From an uncultured Bacilli bacterium (lineage in GTDB: Bacteria; Bacillota_I; Bacilli_A; RF39; UBA660), in contig CANQYE010000002.1 in assembly GCA_947627995.1 (NCBI GenBank), positions 8,444-72,443 of the forward strand: a stretch of DNA of 64,000 nt, read 5' to 3'. Positions within the stretch are counted from its first letter, which is position 1; the number at the start of each line of letters is the position of its first letter. This document shows, in pieces, positions 30,323-40,864 of the stretch. The notes beneath the pieces were generated by a model. It had not been told where the DNA came from, did no database searches, and saw only the letters and a list, made by a program, of their open reading frames with translations. The position numbers and the translations under genes are program-made.

Positions 30323-30609
30323 TATTTAAATAGTTTTGCAAAGAATCCGTTCTCTTTATTTTTTTGCTTCTCATCCATATATGTAAAAGAATTTATTGTT
30401 CCCTTAATTGACACATTCCCATCGTGTGTATCTAATTTTACAATTTCTAGACCTTCCCCTTTAAGTAAAATTGTTCCCATATTACTATCCATTAAAAATT
30501 CTTCATTATCAAAACTAACTATTTTCTTTACTCCTGTAATAATTATATTTTTACGCTCATTAATATTTACTTGATGATTAAAACCACTAGCTTCTATAAT
30601 TTTATCCAT
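30322..30609 (-). CDS. yabP: Sporulation protein YabP
   Basis: 95 aa 'HQVNINERKNIIITGVKKIVSFD...LLKGEGLEIVKLD...VSIKG', the YabP family. Confidence 0.75.
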   Translation of the reverse strand: MDKIIEASGFNHQVNINERKNIIITGVKKIVSFDNEEFLMDSNMGTILLKGEGLEIVKLDTHDGNVSIKGTINSFTYMDEKQKNKENGFFAKLFK

Positions 30610-30681
30610 ATTCGCCTCCTAAACAATTATATGCGCAAGATAAAATTTTAGAATTTAAAAAGTAAAATATTTCTATTTTAC

Positions 30682-30969
30682 TTATTCTTCAGTATTTTCA
30701 GTTTCAATTTTATTAAACTCTTCAATAATTTTTTCTTCAAACATCTTACGAACATCTGGATTAATAGGATGAGCTATGTCTCTATAATCACCACTGGCTG
30801 TTTTTCTACTTGGCATAGCGATAAATAAACCATTATCACCTTCAATAATTCTAATATCATGAACAGCAAATGAGTCGTCTAGCAAAACTGATGCAATCCC
30901 TTTCATGCGAGATCCTTCTTTTTCAATTTTACGTACATTAACTGATGTTATTTGCATATTAACACTCAC
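30682..30969 (-). CDS. spoVG: Septation protein SpoVG
   Basis: 95 aa '[52 protein letters not shown]', highly conserved SpoVG. Confidence 0.9.
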   Translation of the reverse strand: MSVNMQITSVNVRKIEKEGSRMKGIASVLLDDSFAVHDIRIIEGDNGLFIAMPSRKTASGDYRDIAHPINPDVRKMFEEKIIEEFNKIETENTEE

Positions 30970-31033
30970 TTTCTAAAGTTTTATCAAACTTAATTATAGT
31001 TTAATTCATTTAAATTAAAAAATCAATAGAAAC

Positions 31034-31246
31034 TTATAAATATTCAATTGTTACTTCCTTAGTTATAACATCAGCATAACTAAAGCTTTTATTTTCGTTA
31101 GAAACTTGAATTGTAAAAATATAGGGATAAATTGAAGCTATTGTTCCAATGTACTCACTATTTTTATTTCGCATACCATAAACTCTTATTCTCACTTTCC
31201 TTCCAATATTTTTACTTATTTCATCACGAACTGAATTTATATTCAC
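31034..31246 (-). CDS. veg: Veg protein (biofilm/sporulation-associated small protein)
   Basis: 70 aa 'IRDEISKNIGRKVRIRVYGMRNK...GTIASIYPYIFTI', the Veg family. Sits between spoVG and ksgA, as in B. subtilis. Confidence 0.8.
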   Translation of the reverse strand: MNINSVRDEISKNIGRKVRIRVYGMRNKNSEYIGTIASIYPYIFTIQVSNENKSFSYADVITKEVTIEYL

Positions 31247-31256
31247 AAAATCCCCC

Positions 31257-32021
31257 TTATCTTGGAAAACCTACATACATCAACCCATTGCTTTTTATTC
31301 CACCCATTCCATTACTACCATATTTTGTTTTACTTAATATATCTATTAAATCTATTTCTTTGTTTCTTTCGGTTAATGCAATATTAACCGCAATTATTGC
31401 AGGGTCCAATGCATGAATATTTATTCTTTTAGGACTTGAAGCAAAATTTGCACCTGCCTTTATTAATTCTTCATAATTACTCTGACATGCTCCTGCTATA
31501 ATAACTAATTTTTCATGAGATTTTTCATAATTTCGAGCTACCTTAACCGCTTTTATAAAATTTATAGAATTTTTATAGTTATGTATATTTTTTTCATCGC
31601 CCTTTTTATGATAATATGCATCATGCCCTGTAATTATTACTATATCAGGCTGATAATCTTTTAATAATCTTTCCATATTCATGGCTAGCTCAGACTCATT
31701 AATTTTTTTCCCAACTGCCATAACTCCTGCTTCTTGATAATATTTCAAACATCTTTTCAAATAGTCATTATCACCATCAAGATGAAGAATTCTTGCAGGC
31801 ATATAAAAGTAATCTCCACGATCTAGTGGTATATCTGGTTTTACATCTACGTGTTTGGTCATATTATCTACTTTTATTAAATCATTTTCCGGACTATCTG
31901 CATATAATCTTACATCAAATCCTTTTAAATAATATATATTATCTCTAATATTAATAACTTTAAAAATTGTATCATTATTATAACTATTTCTTGTAACCAA
32001 ATCCCCTTTATTAATTCGCAT
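31257..32021 (-). CDS. yabG: Sporulation-specific protease YabG (peptidase U57)
   Basis: 254 aa '...DVRLYADSPENDL...ILHLDGDNDYLKRCL...PDIVIITGHD', the YabG signature. Adjacent to ksgA. Confidence 0.7.
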   Translation of the reverse strand: MRINKGDLVTRNSYNNDTIFKVINIRDNIYYLKGFDVRLYADSPENDLIKVDNMTKHVDVKPDIPLDRGDYFYMPARILHLDGDNDYLKRCLKYYQEAGVMAVGKKINESELAMNMERLLKDYQPDIVIITGHDAYYHKKGDEKNIHNYKNSINFIKAVKVARNYEKSHEKLVIIAGACQSNYEELIKAGANFASSPKRINIHALDPAIIAVNIALTERNKEIDLIDILSKTKYGSNGMGGIKSNGLMYVGFPR

Positions 32022-32057
32022 AAAATCACCTATTTTATTTTATGCGAAATTTATAAG

Positions 32058-32843
32058 TTAGCTCAAAATATTAGCTATTTTAACAAATATTTCTAAACTA
32101 ATCTCCTCCGCACGTGCATTCTCATTTAAATTATTAGATTTTAATACTTCTAAAACTTTACTAAAATCATAATTTTTTAAATTGTTTTTTAAAGTTTTTC
32201 TTTTTTGGGCAAAAGCATCTTTTATTAATTCAAAAAACAACTTTTCGTTTTTTAAAAAAAGCTTTTCTTTTTTGGGAACTAATTTGATTACTGCACTATC
32301 AACTTTTGGTTCTGGCTTAAAATTTTTTCTTGATACAGTAAATAATTTTTCTGTATTAAAATAATAGTTTAAATAAACGGTAAAAGATCCATATGTTTTA
32401 TTATTAACCGATGAGGTCAGACGATTAGCAACTTCTTCTTGTACCATTAATACTATTTCCTTAATAGGTATAGTCATATTCATAATTTTTTTTATAATAG
32501 GTGTAGTAATATAATAAGGGATATTTGCAATAAATGAAACATTAGAAAACTTAGTTAAATCTATATCCTTTTCTAACTCTGAATTTAAAAAATCTTGGTA
32601 AATTATAGTAGTTTTTTCATTTTCTAACCTATTTAAAAATAATTTAGCTTCTTTATCTATTTCATAACAAATAATTTGATTATTTAAGCTTTGTAACTTT
32701 TTAGTTAAAATTCCTGCGCCTGGCCCTATTTCAACTATTAAAGTATTATTATCTACATTACAATTATTTATAATTTTACTTATTATTTCTTCATTCGTTA
32801 TAAAATTTTGTCCATAATATTTTTTAAATTTAAATTTTTCCAT
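32058..32843 (-). CDS. rsmA: 16S rRNA (adenine1518/1519-N6)-dimethyltransferase RsmA/KsgA
   Basis: 261 aa 'KKYYGQNFI...EIGPGAGILT', SAM MTase motifs. Confidence 0.85.
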   Translation of the reverse strand: MEKFKFKKYYGQNFITNEEIISKIINNCNVDNNTLIVEIGPGAGILTKKLQSLNNQIICYEIDKEAKLFLNRLENEKTTIIYQDFLNSELEKDIDLTKFSNVSFIANIPYYITTPIIKKIMNMTIPIKEIVLMVQEEVANRLTSSVNNKTYGSFTVYLNYYFNTEKLFTVSRKNFKPEPKVDSAVIKLVPKKEKLFLKNEKLFFELIKDAFAQKRKTLKNNLKNYDFSKVLEVLKSNNLNENARAEEISLEIFVKIANILS

Positions 32844-32873
32844 AATTATGTAAAAAAGTGAGCTTCCTCACTT

Positions 32874-33452
32874 TTATTCCCATCCTTTTCTAATTACATT
32901 ATATGTTATTTTACTTCTACCAATCCTATTATAAGCAGTTGCATTACTATCTACTAATAAATCAATTGTATTACCAGATACACCTCTGTCTAAAACAATT
33001 GCTACAACGGGTTCAGATGAAATGCTATCTTTTTCAAAAGTTATTATTGAACCGCAAGGAAGATTGTTAGAAGAAGCTACTATCCTAACATTTCCATAAG
33101 TTTCGTCATAATAAAACACATTACCATTTGATAAATCTAATGAGCTTGTACAAGCAAGCTTTCCACTACATTTAGGACAATTATAAACATATCCCGTTAA
33201 ATTTCCACTTAAAGTAGTTATTATATTATCCAATTTTTTGTTCTTTTCTTCAATCATTTGCTGAGCATTTTGATTATCAATATTATCAACGAATGCAGCC
33301 ATTGCACCTAAATCTAAAGATTTATTTAAATTTTCGTTTTCAACTTTATTTTCTAAAGTCTTCGTTCCAACTTCTAAACAACATATAGCTAATAAAATTA
33401 TTAACACTCGACTGCCTTTAATAATCCATTTTGCTATTTTCATTATGTTCAC
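32874..33452 (-). CDS. 3D-domain protein (YabE/YuiC-like, MltA-type fold), N-anchored
   Basis: 192 aa. Signal/TM segment, a Cys-rich segment 'CPKCSGKLACTS', and a C-terminal 3D-like domain with 'DRGVSGNTIDLLVDSNATAYNRIG'. Position matches B. subtilis yabE between tatD and ksgA. Confidence 0.45.
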   Translation of the reverse strand: MNIMKIAKWIIKGSRVLIILLAICCLEVGTKTLENKVENENLNKSLDLGAMAAFVDNIDNQNAQQMIEEKNKKLDNIITTLSGNLTGYVYNCPKCSGKLACTSSLDLSNGNVFYYDETYGNVRIVASSNNLPCGSIITFEKDSISSEPVVAIVLDRGVSGNTIDLLVDSNATAYNRIGRSKITYNVIRKGWE

Positions 33453-33488
33453 CTCAATTTTGTAATATTTATTTTACCATAATTATAG

Positions 33489-34247
33489 TTAAATGTCAAA
33501 AACTGACTTAATATTTGCATTGGTAAATTTTGATAATTGATCAACATCTATTTTCTGATTTTCGCAAATGAATTTAACAATATTCATTATATAAGCTGGC
33601 TCATTTCTTTGACCTCTATAAGGGACTGGAGTTAAGTAAGGAGAGTCAGTTTCTAAAATTATATTTTTAATATCTATTTCATCTAATATATTTATAAGCT
33701 TACAATTTTTAAAAGTTATTACTCCACTTATACCTAATATAAAACCTTTTTTAATATATTCATTGGCTAGTTCTAAACTGCCTGAAAAAGAATGGATAAC
33801 TCCTTTAATATTATATTTTTTTATAATATCAAGAACATCCATCCCAGCATCTCGGCTATGGATAACAACTGGTAGATTGAGTTTTTCAGCTAATGAAAGC
33901 TGCAAATTAAAATATTTTTTTTGAATTTCTTTATTAGTATTTTCATAATGATAGTCTAATCCTATTTCACCAATTCCTAAAATCTTTGGATTATCTAACA
34001 TTTCTTGCAAATCCAATATATCTTTTTCCGTAATATCATATGTCTCCGTCGGATGATAACCAATTACTCCATAAAATTCATCAAATTCATTAACAAGCTG
34101 CAATACTTCTTTATTAGTTTTTTTATTATACCCACTTAATATTATTCTATTTATATTATTTTCCTTAGCATTCTGAATTATTTGTTCAATATTTTCATAG
34201 TCACAATGAAAAATATGAGCATGAGTGTCTGTAAACATTATAATCAC
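33489..34247 (-). CDS. tatD: TatD family metal-dependent DNase/hydrolase
   Basis: 252 aa 'FTDTHAHI', with conserved His/Glu/Asp positions of the TIM-barrel TatD family. Confidence 0.8.
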   Translation of the reverse strand: MIIMFTDTHAHIFHCDYENIEQIIQNAKENNINRIILSGYNKKTNKEVLQLVNEFDEFYGVIGYHPTETYDITEKDILDLQEMLDNPKILGIGEIGLDYHYENTNKEIQKKYFNLQLSLAEKLNLPVVIHSRDAGMDVLDIIKKYNIKGVIHSFSGSLELANEYIKKGFILGISGVITFKNCKLINILDEIDIKNIILETDSPYLTPVPYRGQRNEPAYIMNIVKFICENQKIDVDQLSKFTNANIKSVFDI

Positions 34248-34289
34248 CTTATTTTAATTATAAATTAAAATAAATAGTATTTCTACTAT

Positions 34290-34817
34290 TTATTCCAAAG
34301 TTATTTGATTACTTATTAAAAGCGCTGCAAATTTTATTAATAAAATACTAGATTGATCAATTTTTTTATCACTAATAAATATAATAAGCCCAATACTATC
34401 CCCATTACTAATAATAGGGTACATTAAATTATAGCCGCTTAACACAATATTTTCGGATATAACAAAATTTTCACTAAATTCAGACATTCTTATTTTTCTT
34501 TCTTCGATTATTTCCATCATATTATTAGTTAAAATTTCTTTTTTATCCGAAGTTAGTCCATCAGATTGAGAAATAATGTGTTCTCTATCCGTCACTAATA
34601 CTTTATTTCCAGTTAAACTTGATAATATATTAACAATTTTATTAGCAAAATTTATTGAATCTTCCATTAAAGAAAATTTTTTTAATATTATTGAATGATT
34701 TTCTATAAAAATTTCAATACTTTCCCCATCTCTAATTTTTAAATTTCTTCTTATTTCTTTTGGAATCACAATTCTTCCTAATTCATCAATTCTCCTAATT
34801 ACTCCGGTAGATTTCAT
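34290..34817 (-). CDS. spoVT: Stage V sporulation protein T (AbrB-type N-domain + GAF-like domain)
   Basis: 175 aa 'GVIRRIDELGRIVIPKEIRRNLKIRDGESIEIF', an AbrB/MazE swapped-hairpin, followed by a C-terminal sensor domain. Next to mfd, as in B. subtilis. Confidence 0.7.
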   Translation of the reverse strand: MKSTGVIRRIDELGRIVIPKEIRRNLKIRDGESIEIFIENHSIILKKFSLMEDSINFANKIVNILSSLTGNKVLVTDREHIISQSDGLTSDKKEILTNNMMEIIEERKIRMSEFSENFVISENIVLSGYNLMYPIISNGDSIGLIIFISDKKIDQSSILLIKFAALLISNQITLE

Positions 34818-34934
34818 AAAACACTTCCATTTCTTTTTATATTTTGTAAAATTAAGTTAAAATTATACTTAATTTATTGACTATTTTCATTTATATTTTT
34901 ATACTATAATTATTAAATGATAGGAGATTTAAAA

Positions 34935-35420
34935 ATGAAAGTTGATGCTGTAATAGAAATTCCAATGGGCACAAGAAATAAATATGAAATTGATAAAAAA
35001 AACGGAAAGATTAAATTAGATCGTGTTTTGTTTTCCTCAGTAACTTATCCGACAGAATATGGATATATTGATAAAACGCTTGCGGATGATGGAGATGCTT
35101 TAGATATATTAGTAATTTCTACTTGTCCTACTTTTCCTGGCTGTGAAGTTGAAGCTAGAGTTTTGGGTTATTTAGATATAACTGATAACGGATTTAAAGA
35201 TGAAAAAGTTATTGCTGTTGTTGATAAAGATCCGCGTTTTGACAATTATCAAACACTTGCCGATATACCAAATCATACAAAAGAAGAAATAAGAGAATTT
35301 TTTAAAACTTATAAAAAGTTACAAAAAATTAAAGTAGAAACTTTTGATTTTCACGATTTAGATGAAACAATTAAACTAATTGAAAAATGCAAAATTAATT
35401 ATAACAATAGCAATTATTAA
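34935..35420 (+). CDS. ppa: Inorganic pyrophosphatase (family I)
   Basis: Start chosen at the ATG at 34935 (RBS AGGAGA at 34922). 'EIPMGTRNKYEIDK...YPTEYGYI...DGDALD', the family I PPase signature. Confidence 0.85.
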   Translation: MKVDAVIEIPMGTRNKYEIDKKNGKIKLDRVLFSSVTYPTEYGYIDKTLADDGDALDILVISTCPTFPGCEVEARVLGYLDITDNGFKDEKVIAVVDKDPRFDNYQTLADIPNHTKEEIREFFKTYKKLQKIKVETFDFHDLDETIKLIEKCKINYNNSNY

Positions 35421-35430
35421 TGAGTGTGAT

Positions 35431-35460
35431 AAAAGATCTAAGTTAAATGCTTAGATCTTT
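35431..35460. terminator. Bidirectional terminator between ppa and mfd (convergent)
   Basis: AAAGATCTAAG-TTAAATG-CTTAGATCTTT hairpin followed by TTT. Confidence 0.6.
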
Positions 35461-35466
35461 TTAAAA

Positions 35467-38400
35467 TTATTTCCCGGGAAATAATTCATCTAATAATTTT
35501 GTTATATAAAATATAAAATGTTTCTCACAATTTTTATAATATAATTTAATAAAAAATGAATTGTTAAAATATTTTATATTAAAATAAGGATTTATATTAT
35601 TTGCAATTAATAATAGTTTATCTCCTGGAATTGTTGAACTTAGTGCTTTGGGTATGACTATTTGAATAAAAATATCATTTTGAGTTATCTGCTCTATTTT
35701 CAATCTTGTAGCTAATTTTTCAAACCATTCTTCATACATATATACTAGCATGTCGTTATTTATTTTACCAAATCTATCTTCTATTTCCTGTTTAATTTCC
35801 ATTAATGATTTATAGTCTTTAATAGTATTAATTAATTTATGTATTTCTATTTTTATTGATTCATCATTTATATAATCGTCACTAATATGAGTAGCGACAT
35901 CTATTAATGAATTATCCTCTTCATTTTCTTCTACTTCGTCGCCGCGTTGTTTTTTTAATTCAACATCAATCATTTTCATATATAGTTCTAAGCCAACACT
36001 ATCAACAAATCCAGCTTGCTCACTACCTAATATATCTCCTGATCCCCTTATAGCTATATCTCGCATTGCTATTTTGTATCCGCTACCTAATTCAGTAAAT
36101 TCTGATATTGCTTTTAATCTTTTAATTGCAATTTCATTTAATATTTTATTTTTATTATAAAGTAAATAAGCATAAGCGATTTTATCACTTCTTCCTACTC
36201 GTCCTCGCAGTTGATACAATTGCGATAATCCAAAGCAGTCTGCATCATAAATAATTAATGTATTAACATTTTGTATATCAATTCCGGTCTCAATAATTGT
36301 AGTACAAATTAATACATCATATTTATAATTAATAAAATCATCCATTATTTTTTCGAGATCATTTTTATTCATTTGACCATGCGCAAATATAATTCTGGCT
36401 TCTGGAACTAATTTATTTATCATTTTAACTTTACTTTCAATAGAAGCAACTTTATTATAGAGAATAAAAACCTGCCCTTTTCTAGCCAATTCTTTATATA
36501 TTGCATCTTTAATTAAAAGATCATTTTCATTAACTACATAAGTTTGAACAGGATATCTATTAATTGGAGGAGTATCAATTATAGATAAGTCTCTTAATCC
36601 GGATAATGCTAATTTTAAAGTACGGGGTATAGGCGTCGCAGATAAAGTTAAAACATTAACATTGTTTTTTAATTTTTTAATTTTTTCTTTATGAGTAACC
36701 CCAAATCTTTGTTCTTCATCAACTATAAGCATACCTAATGATTTAAATTTAATATCATCACTGAGAATTCGATGTGTACCAAAAACTAAATCAATTTTCC
36801 CATCTTTTATTTTTTGAATTATTTCTTTTTGCTTAGATGCTGATATAAATCTATTTAATAGTGCAACATTAACTCCATATTTTTCAAATCTATTTTTAGC
36901 AAGTTCGAATTGTTGACGAGATAAAATGGTAGTAGGACATAAATATGCCACCTGATATCCATTTAAAATAGTTTTAAAAATACCTCTAAAGGCCACTTCA
37001 GTCTTACCAAATCCTACGTCGCCACATAATAATCGATCCATTGGAATATCAGATTTTAAATCATTAAAAATATCATTTATTGCTCGGATTTGATCTTCAG
37101 TTTCATCATATAAAAAATCTGCAGCAAACAAATCTTCTTCAGGGTAATCTTTAAATTTTGGTGATTTAATTTGTGATCTTTTAGCATAAAGTTTCAATAG
37201 TTCTTCTGAAATATCTTTAATTTTATTTTTTAAATTTTGTTTAGTTTTTTGCCAATTTGTCGAATTTAAAGAATTTATTTTTGGCTTTTTTCCTTCTTCA
37301 CTAGCATATTTATAAATTGAATCTATTTTTTCAACTGGAACATATATTTTATCTTCATCCTTATATAAAATTTGCAAATAATCTTTTTTTAAACCTTTTT
37401 TACATAAAGTTACTACGCCATTATAAAGGCCTATCCCATAAGTATAGTGCACAACATAATCTCCGGGATTTAATTCAGCATAATCTTTAATTTTACGTCC
37501 TATTTTAAAATTATTTCTATATACTGTTTTTTTGGTTTTTACTTCTTCAATATCATTTTCTGATATTATTACTAAGTCTTCAAATAAAAAACCATGATTT
37601 ATTTCTCTATTTATAATATTAATAGCATTTTTTTTAATATTTGATTCATTTGTTAAAAAAACATTATCCTTAAAAATATTAGTAATTTTATTTATTTGTT
37701 CACTCTTCGATAAATAAAATATAACTTTTTTCTTATTTAAATGTTTTTTTACTACTTTTTCAAGTAACTGAAAATCTCCATTAAAATTTATAATGTTTTT
37801 AGCATTATAAGAAAATGTTTCATTACCAAAAGAATTGTTAGAAAAAGAATTTAATAATATTTGATTTTTAGGGATTATTTTTGAAAATTCATGCATAAAT
37901 TTATGATCTAAATTAAGAGCTTCTTTTTTTTTATAAAGAATTATCTCCTCTTCTAATTGTAAATTGTTAGAAAGTATTTGGTCATAATCAATATATACAA
38001 CTATTGGATTGTTTAAATAATCATATAAAGAGCTTGCATTTTCCTCATTTATGTTTTCACCAAATGAACTTATAGTTACTTTATTAATTTTTTCCAAAGA
38101 TCTTTGCGTTTGTATATCAAAATACCTAATAGATTCTACTTGGTCTCCAAATAATTCAATTCTAACTGGATTATTTAAAAGAGGAATAAAAATATCAATT
38201 ATAAATCCACGTAATGCATATTCACCCGTTGTTGTAACAAGAGTTTCTTTTTTAAATCCTTTTTGTTCTAAATAATTTTCTAAATCTGTCCGATTAATAT
38301 TTTCATTGACGCTTACTACAAATTCTTTTTCGTGATAAGGTGGTAAAAACTTCAAATACCCCATTAAATTAGTTACTATAATAGCCTTGTTATTTTTTTT

Positions 38401-38682
38401 TATAGCCTCTAAAGTTTCTAATCTTTTAATTTTTAATTCTGGAGAAACTGCTAAAGCCACAGATGTTAAAAAATCATCCATAGGAAATAAAAAAGCATTT
38501 GCGTTTATTTTTTTTAAATTTTCATAAAATTGATTTGCTTCATATAAAGTAGATGTTACAATTAAAATTGACTTATCTTTATTTTTAAATAAACGATCCA
38601 CATAAAAAACATTTAACTCTCCAGTTAAACCATTTATACAAATATTATTTTTAAATTCAAAATATTTGTCTAAAAATTCCAT
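35467..38682 (-). CDS. mfd: Transcription-repair coupling factor Mfd
   Basis: 1071 aa. UvrB-homology N-terminus, RNAP-interaction domain, SF2 helicase motifs 'GDVGFGKTEVA...DEEQRFG', TRG motif. Confidence 0.9.
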   Translation of the reverse strand: MEFLDKYFEFKNNICINGLTGELNVFYVDRLFKNKDKSILIVTSTLYEANQFYENLKKINANAFLFPMDDFLTSVALAVSPELKIKRLETLEAIKKNNKAIIVTNLMGYLKFLPPYHEKEFVVSVNENINRTDLENYLEQKGFKKETLVTTTGEYALRGFIIDIFIPLLNNPVRIELFGDQVESIRYFDIQTQRSLEKINKVTISSFGENINEENASSLYDYLNNPIVVYIDYDQILSNNLQLEEEIILYKKKEALNLDHKFMHEFSKIIPKNQILLNSFSNNSFGNETFSYNAKNIINFNGDFQLLEKVVKKHLNKKKVIFYLSKSEQINKITNIFKDNVFLTNESNIKKNAINIINREINHGFLFEDLVIISENDIEEVKTKKTVYRNNFKIGRKIKDYAELNPGDYVVHYTYGIGLYNGVVTLCKKGLKKDYLQILYKDEDKIYVPVEKIDSIYKYASEEGKKPKINSLNSTNWQKTKQNLKNKIKDISEELLKLYAKRSQIKSPKFKDYPEEDLFAADFLYDETEDQIRAINDIFNDLKSDIPMDRLLCGDVGFGKTEVAFRGIFKTILNGYQVAYLCPTTILSRQQFELAKNRFEKYGVNVALLNRFISASKQKEIIQKIKDGKIDLVFGTHRILSDDIKFKSLGMLIVDEEQRFGVTHKEKIKKLKNNVNVLTLSATPIPRTLKLALSGLRDLSIIDTPPINRYPVQTYVVNENDLLIKDAIYKELARKGQVFILYNKVASIESKVKMINKLVPEARIIFAHGQMNKNDLEKIMDDFINYKYDVLICTTIIETGIDIQNVNTLIIYDADCFGLSQLYQLRGRVGRSDKIAYAYLLYNKNKILNEIAIKRLKAISEFTELGSGYKIAMRDIAIRGSGDILGSEQAGFVDSVGLELYMKMIDVELKKQRGDEVEENEEDNSLIDVATHISDDYINDESIKIEIHKLINTIKDYKSLMEIKQEIEDRFGKINNDMLVYMYEEWFEKLATRLKIEQITQNDIFIQIVIPKALSSTIPGDKLLLIANNINPYFNIKYFNNSFFIKLYYKNCEKHFIFYITKLLDELFPGK
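35469..35482. promoter_or_regulatory. Noc-binding site (NBS) ATTTCCCGGGAAAT, perfect consensus, overlapping mfd stop codon
   Basis: Exact 14-bp palindrome identical to the B. subtilis NBS consensus. The extended 23-bp palindrome AAATTATTTCCCGGGAAATAATT recurs at 42436-42458. Confidence 0.7.
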
Positions 38683-38694
38683 GAATCCTCCAGT

Positions 38695-39228
38695 TTAAAT
38701 ATTTTCTTTAGTTTTTTCAAAACCATAAGTTAAATAATTGTCTATAATTTTATTATAACAAGGAAAATTTAGCTTTTCAAATTCCTCTTTCGAAAATTTT
38801 CCTAAAACAAAATCAATAACATCTTTATTTTTAGGTCCTATTCCTATTTTTAAACGAGAAAAATTTTTTGATGATAAATTTTCAATTATTGATTTAATTC
38901 CATTATGTCCTCCAGATCTACTATTTATTTTTAATCTAGGAACACCTATATTCAAATCTAAGTCATCATGAATTATTAATATATCTTCTAATTTTATATT
39001 ATAATAATTAACAAATTTTATAATAGCCCAACCTGAATTATTCATATATGTTTGAGGCTTTACAAACAAAACTTGTTTTCCATTGATGATTTTAATACAA
39101 TATAATGAATTAAATTTTTTTAACCATTTTTCATTTGGCAAATAATAATCTAAAACCATAAAACCAATATTATGTCTTGTATTTATATATTTTTTTTCTG
39201 GATTACCTAATCCTGCAATTAATATCAT
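38695..39228 (-). CDS. pth: Peptidyl-tRNA hydrolase
   Basis: 177 aa 'MILIAGLGNPEKKYINTRHNIGFMVLD', the Pth family. Confidence 0.9.
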   Translation of the reverse strand: MILIAGLGNPEKKYINTRHNIGFMVLDYYLPNEKWLKKFNSLYCIKIINGKQVLFVKPQTYMNNSGWAIIKFVNYYNIKLEDILIIHDDLDLNIGVPRLKINSRSGGHNGIKSIIENLSSKNFSRLKIGIGPKNKDVIDFVLGKFSKEEFEKLNFPCYNKIIDNYLTYGFEKTKENI

Positions 39229-39239
39229 TAAATCACCTT

Positions 39240-40010
39240 CTAAAAATTTTTTTCTTTTATTCCACTTTCCATTTCTATTTTACATTTCTTATTTAATATA
39301 TCAACGCTTTTTACTTTGCCTTTTTCATTATCAAGTAAAATTTCATCTCCAACATTTGGTAATCCTTTGCGACACTCAGTATATTCATTATCTTCATAAG
39401 CTAAACAACACAATAATCTGCCACAATTCCCATTAATTTTATTTGGATTTAAAGAAATATTTTGATTTTTTGCCATCCCCATAGAAACAGAATCAAGATG
39501 ATTAAGAAAATTATTGCAACATAACTTCATACCACAAATGCCTATTCCACCTATTTCTCGAGCTTTATCTCTTACACCTATTTGTCTTAATTCAATCCTT
39601 GTTTTATATATAAATGCTAATTTCTTTGCAAGATTTCTAAAATCAATTCGTTCATCAGCTAAAAAATTAAATAATAATTGTTTTCTATCAAATGTATAAT
39701 TTGCATCAATTATATTCATATCTAAATCTAGTTCTTCAGCAACTTCTCTCGCTTTATTTAAAGCTTTTTTTGCTTCTTTTAAATTATCCATATATATATC
39801 ATAATCTTCAGTAGTGGCTTTACGTAGCACAGGCTTTAAAGTGGTTATTTCAATACTTTCATCATTAACTACAGAAACTATTTTACCAAATTGAATCCCT
39901 TTTTCTGTTTCAACAATAACATTATCTTTAAGAGCTACTTCTATATTATTACTATTAAAGTTATATATTTTACCACCATTATTAAATACTACACCATAAA
40001 TTTTATCCAT
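39240..40010 (-). CDS. yaaT: PSP1-domain stage 0 sporulation protein YaaT/RicT
   Basis: 256 aa, conserved PSP1 C-terminal region '...RIELRQIGVRDKAREIGGIGICGMKLCCNNFL'. Follows holB, as in B. subtilis. Confidence 0.75.
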   Translation of the reverse strand: MDKIYGVVFNNGGKIYNFNSNNIEVALKDNVIVETEKGIQFGKIVSVVNDESIEITTLKPVLRKATTEDYDIYMDNLKEAKKALNKAREVAEELDLDMNIIDANYTFDRKQLLFNFLADERIDFRNLAKKLAFIYKTRIELRQIGVRDKAREIGGIGICGMKLCCNNFLNHLDSVSMGMAKNQNISLNPNKINGNCGRLLCCLAYEDNEYTECRKGLPNVGDEILLDNEKGKVKSVDILNKKCKIEMESGIKEKNF

Positions 40011-40851
40011 TTAACTTCCCCATCTCTATTATAAATTTATCCATTAATAACTCTATATTAACATTAAAAGATAATTTTTGCATAGTATCATTAATAATTT
40101 TTATTTTACTTAATAAGTTGTTTATATCATTATTTGTAAGAAAAGAAAATGATTTATAATTTTCTAATTTATCAATAAGACCTATATTATACTTATAGAT
40201 ACTCTTATAAATTTCTAACATATTTTCAAAAAAAATATACATTTCATTTTTATTTTCGATAATATTTTGTAAAATTTCTTTATACATAATAAATTTATAA
40301 TCTTTTTTTTCAATATAATTTAGTATTGTTAATAATTCCTGTTCATAATTTAATTTATCACTTTTTTCATTATAGAAACATTTAATTATTTGGCATCTAC
40401 TTTTTATTGTAGGCATTATATTTAAAATATTATTACTAATTAAAAAACATATGGTTGATGAATCAGGCTCTTCAATAAATTTAAGCATTGCATTTGCTGC
40501 TGAATCATTAAGTTTATCAGATTCTACTATTATATAAATATTATATTTGCATATTATAGGATTTTTATTAAATTTATTTTTGATATTTATTACTTGTTCT
40601 TTTTTTATATTTTTTCCATCTGGTCTGACAATTATTAAATTAGGAAAATTATCTTTATCAATTAATTCACAATTATTACATTGGTAACTACAATTTTCAT
40701 CATATTTATTTAAACATATTATTTTTTTTATAAAATTTTTTAAATCGGCTAAACAATCTTCAAGACTATCTGTTTCAAGCAAAAAAGAATGAGCTAATTT
40801 ATTCTCATTATATTTTAATTCTAAATTTTTAATCCATTGTTTATTTACCAC
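40003..40851 (-). CDS. holB: DNA polymerase III delta' subunit
   Basis: 282 aa. Degenerate P-loop, Cys zinc cluster 'CSYQCNNCELI', the 'SRCQ' sensor motif. Synteny with yaaT. Confidence 0.65.
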   Translation of the reverse strand: MVNKQWIKNLELKYNENKLAHSFLLETDSLEDCLADLKNFIKKIICLNKYDENCSYQCNNCELIDKDNFPNLIIVRPDGKNIKKEQVINIKNKFNKNPIICKYNIYIIVESDKLNDSAANAMLKFIEEPDSSTICFLISNNILNIMPTIKSRCQIIKCFYNEKSDKLNYEQELLTILNYIEKKDYKFIMYKEILQNIIENKNEMYIFFENMLEIYKSIYKYNIGLIDKLENYKSFSFLTNNDINNLLSKIKIINDTMQKLSFNVNIELLMDKFIIEMGKLNG

Positions 40852-40864
40852 ATAATCACCTTTT

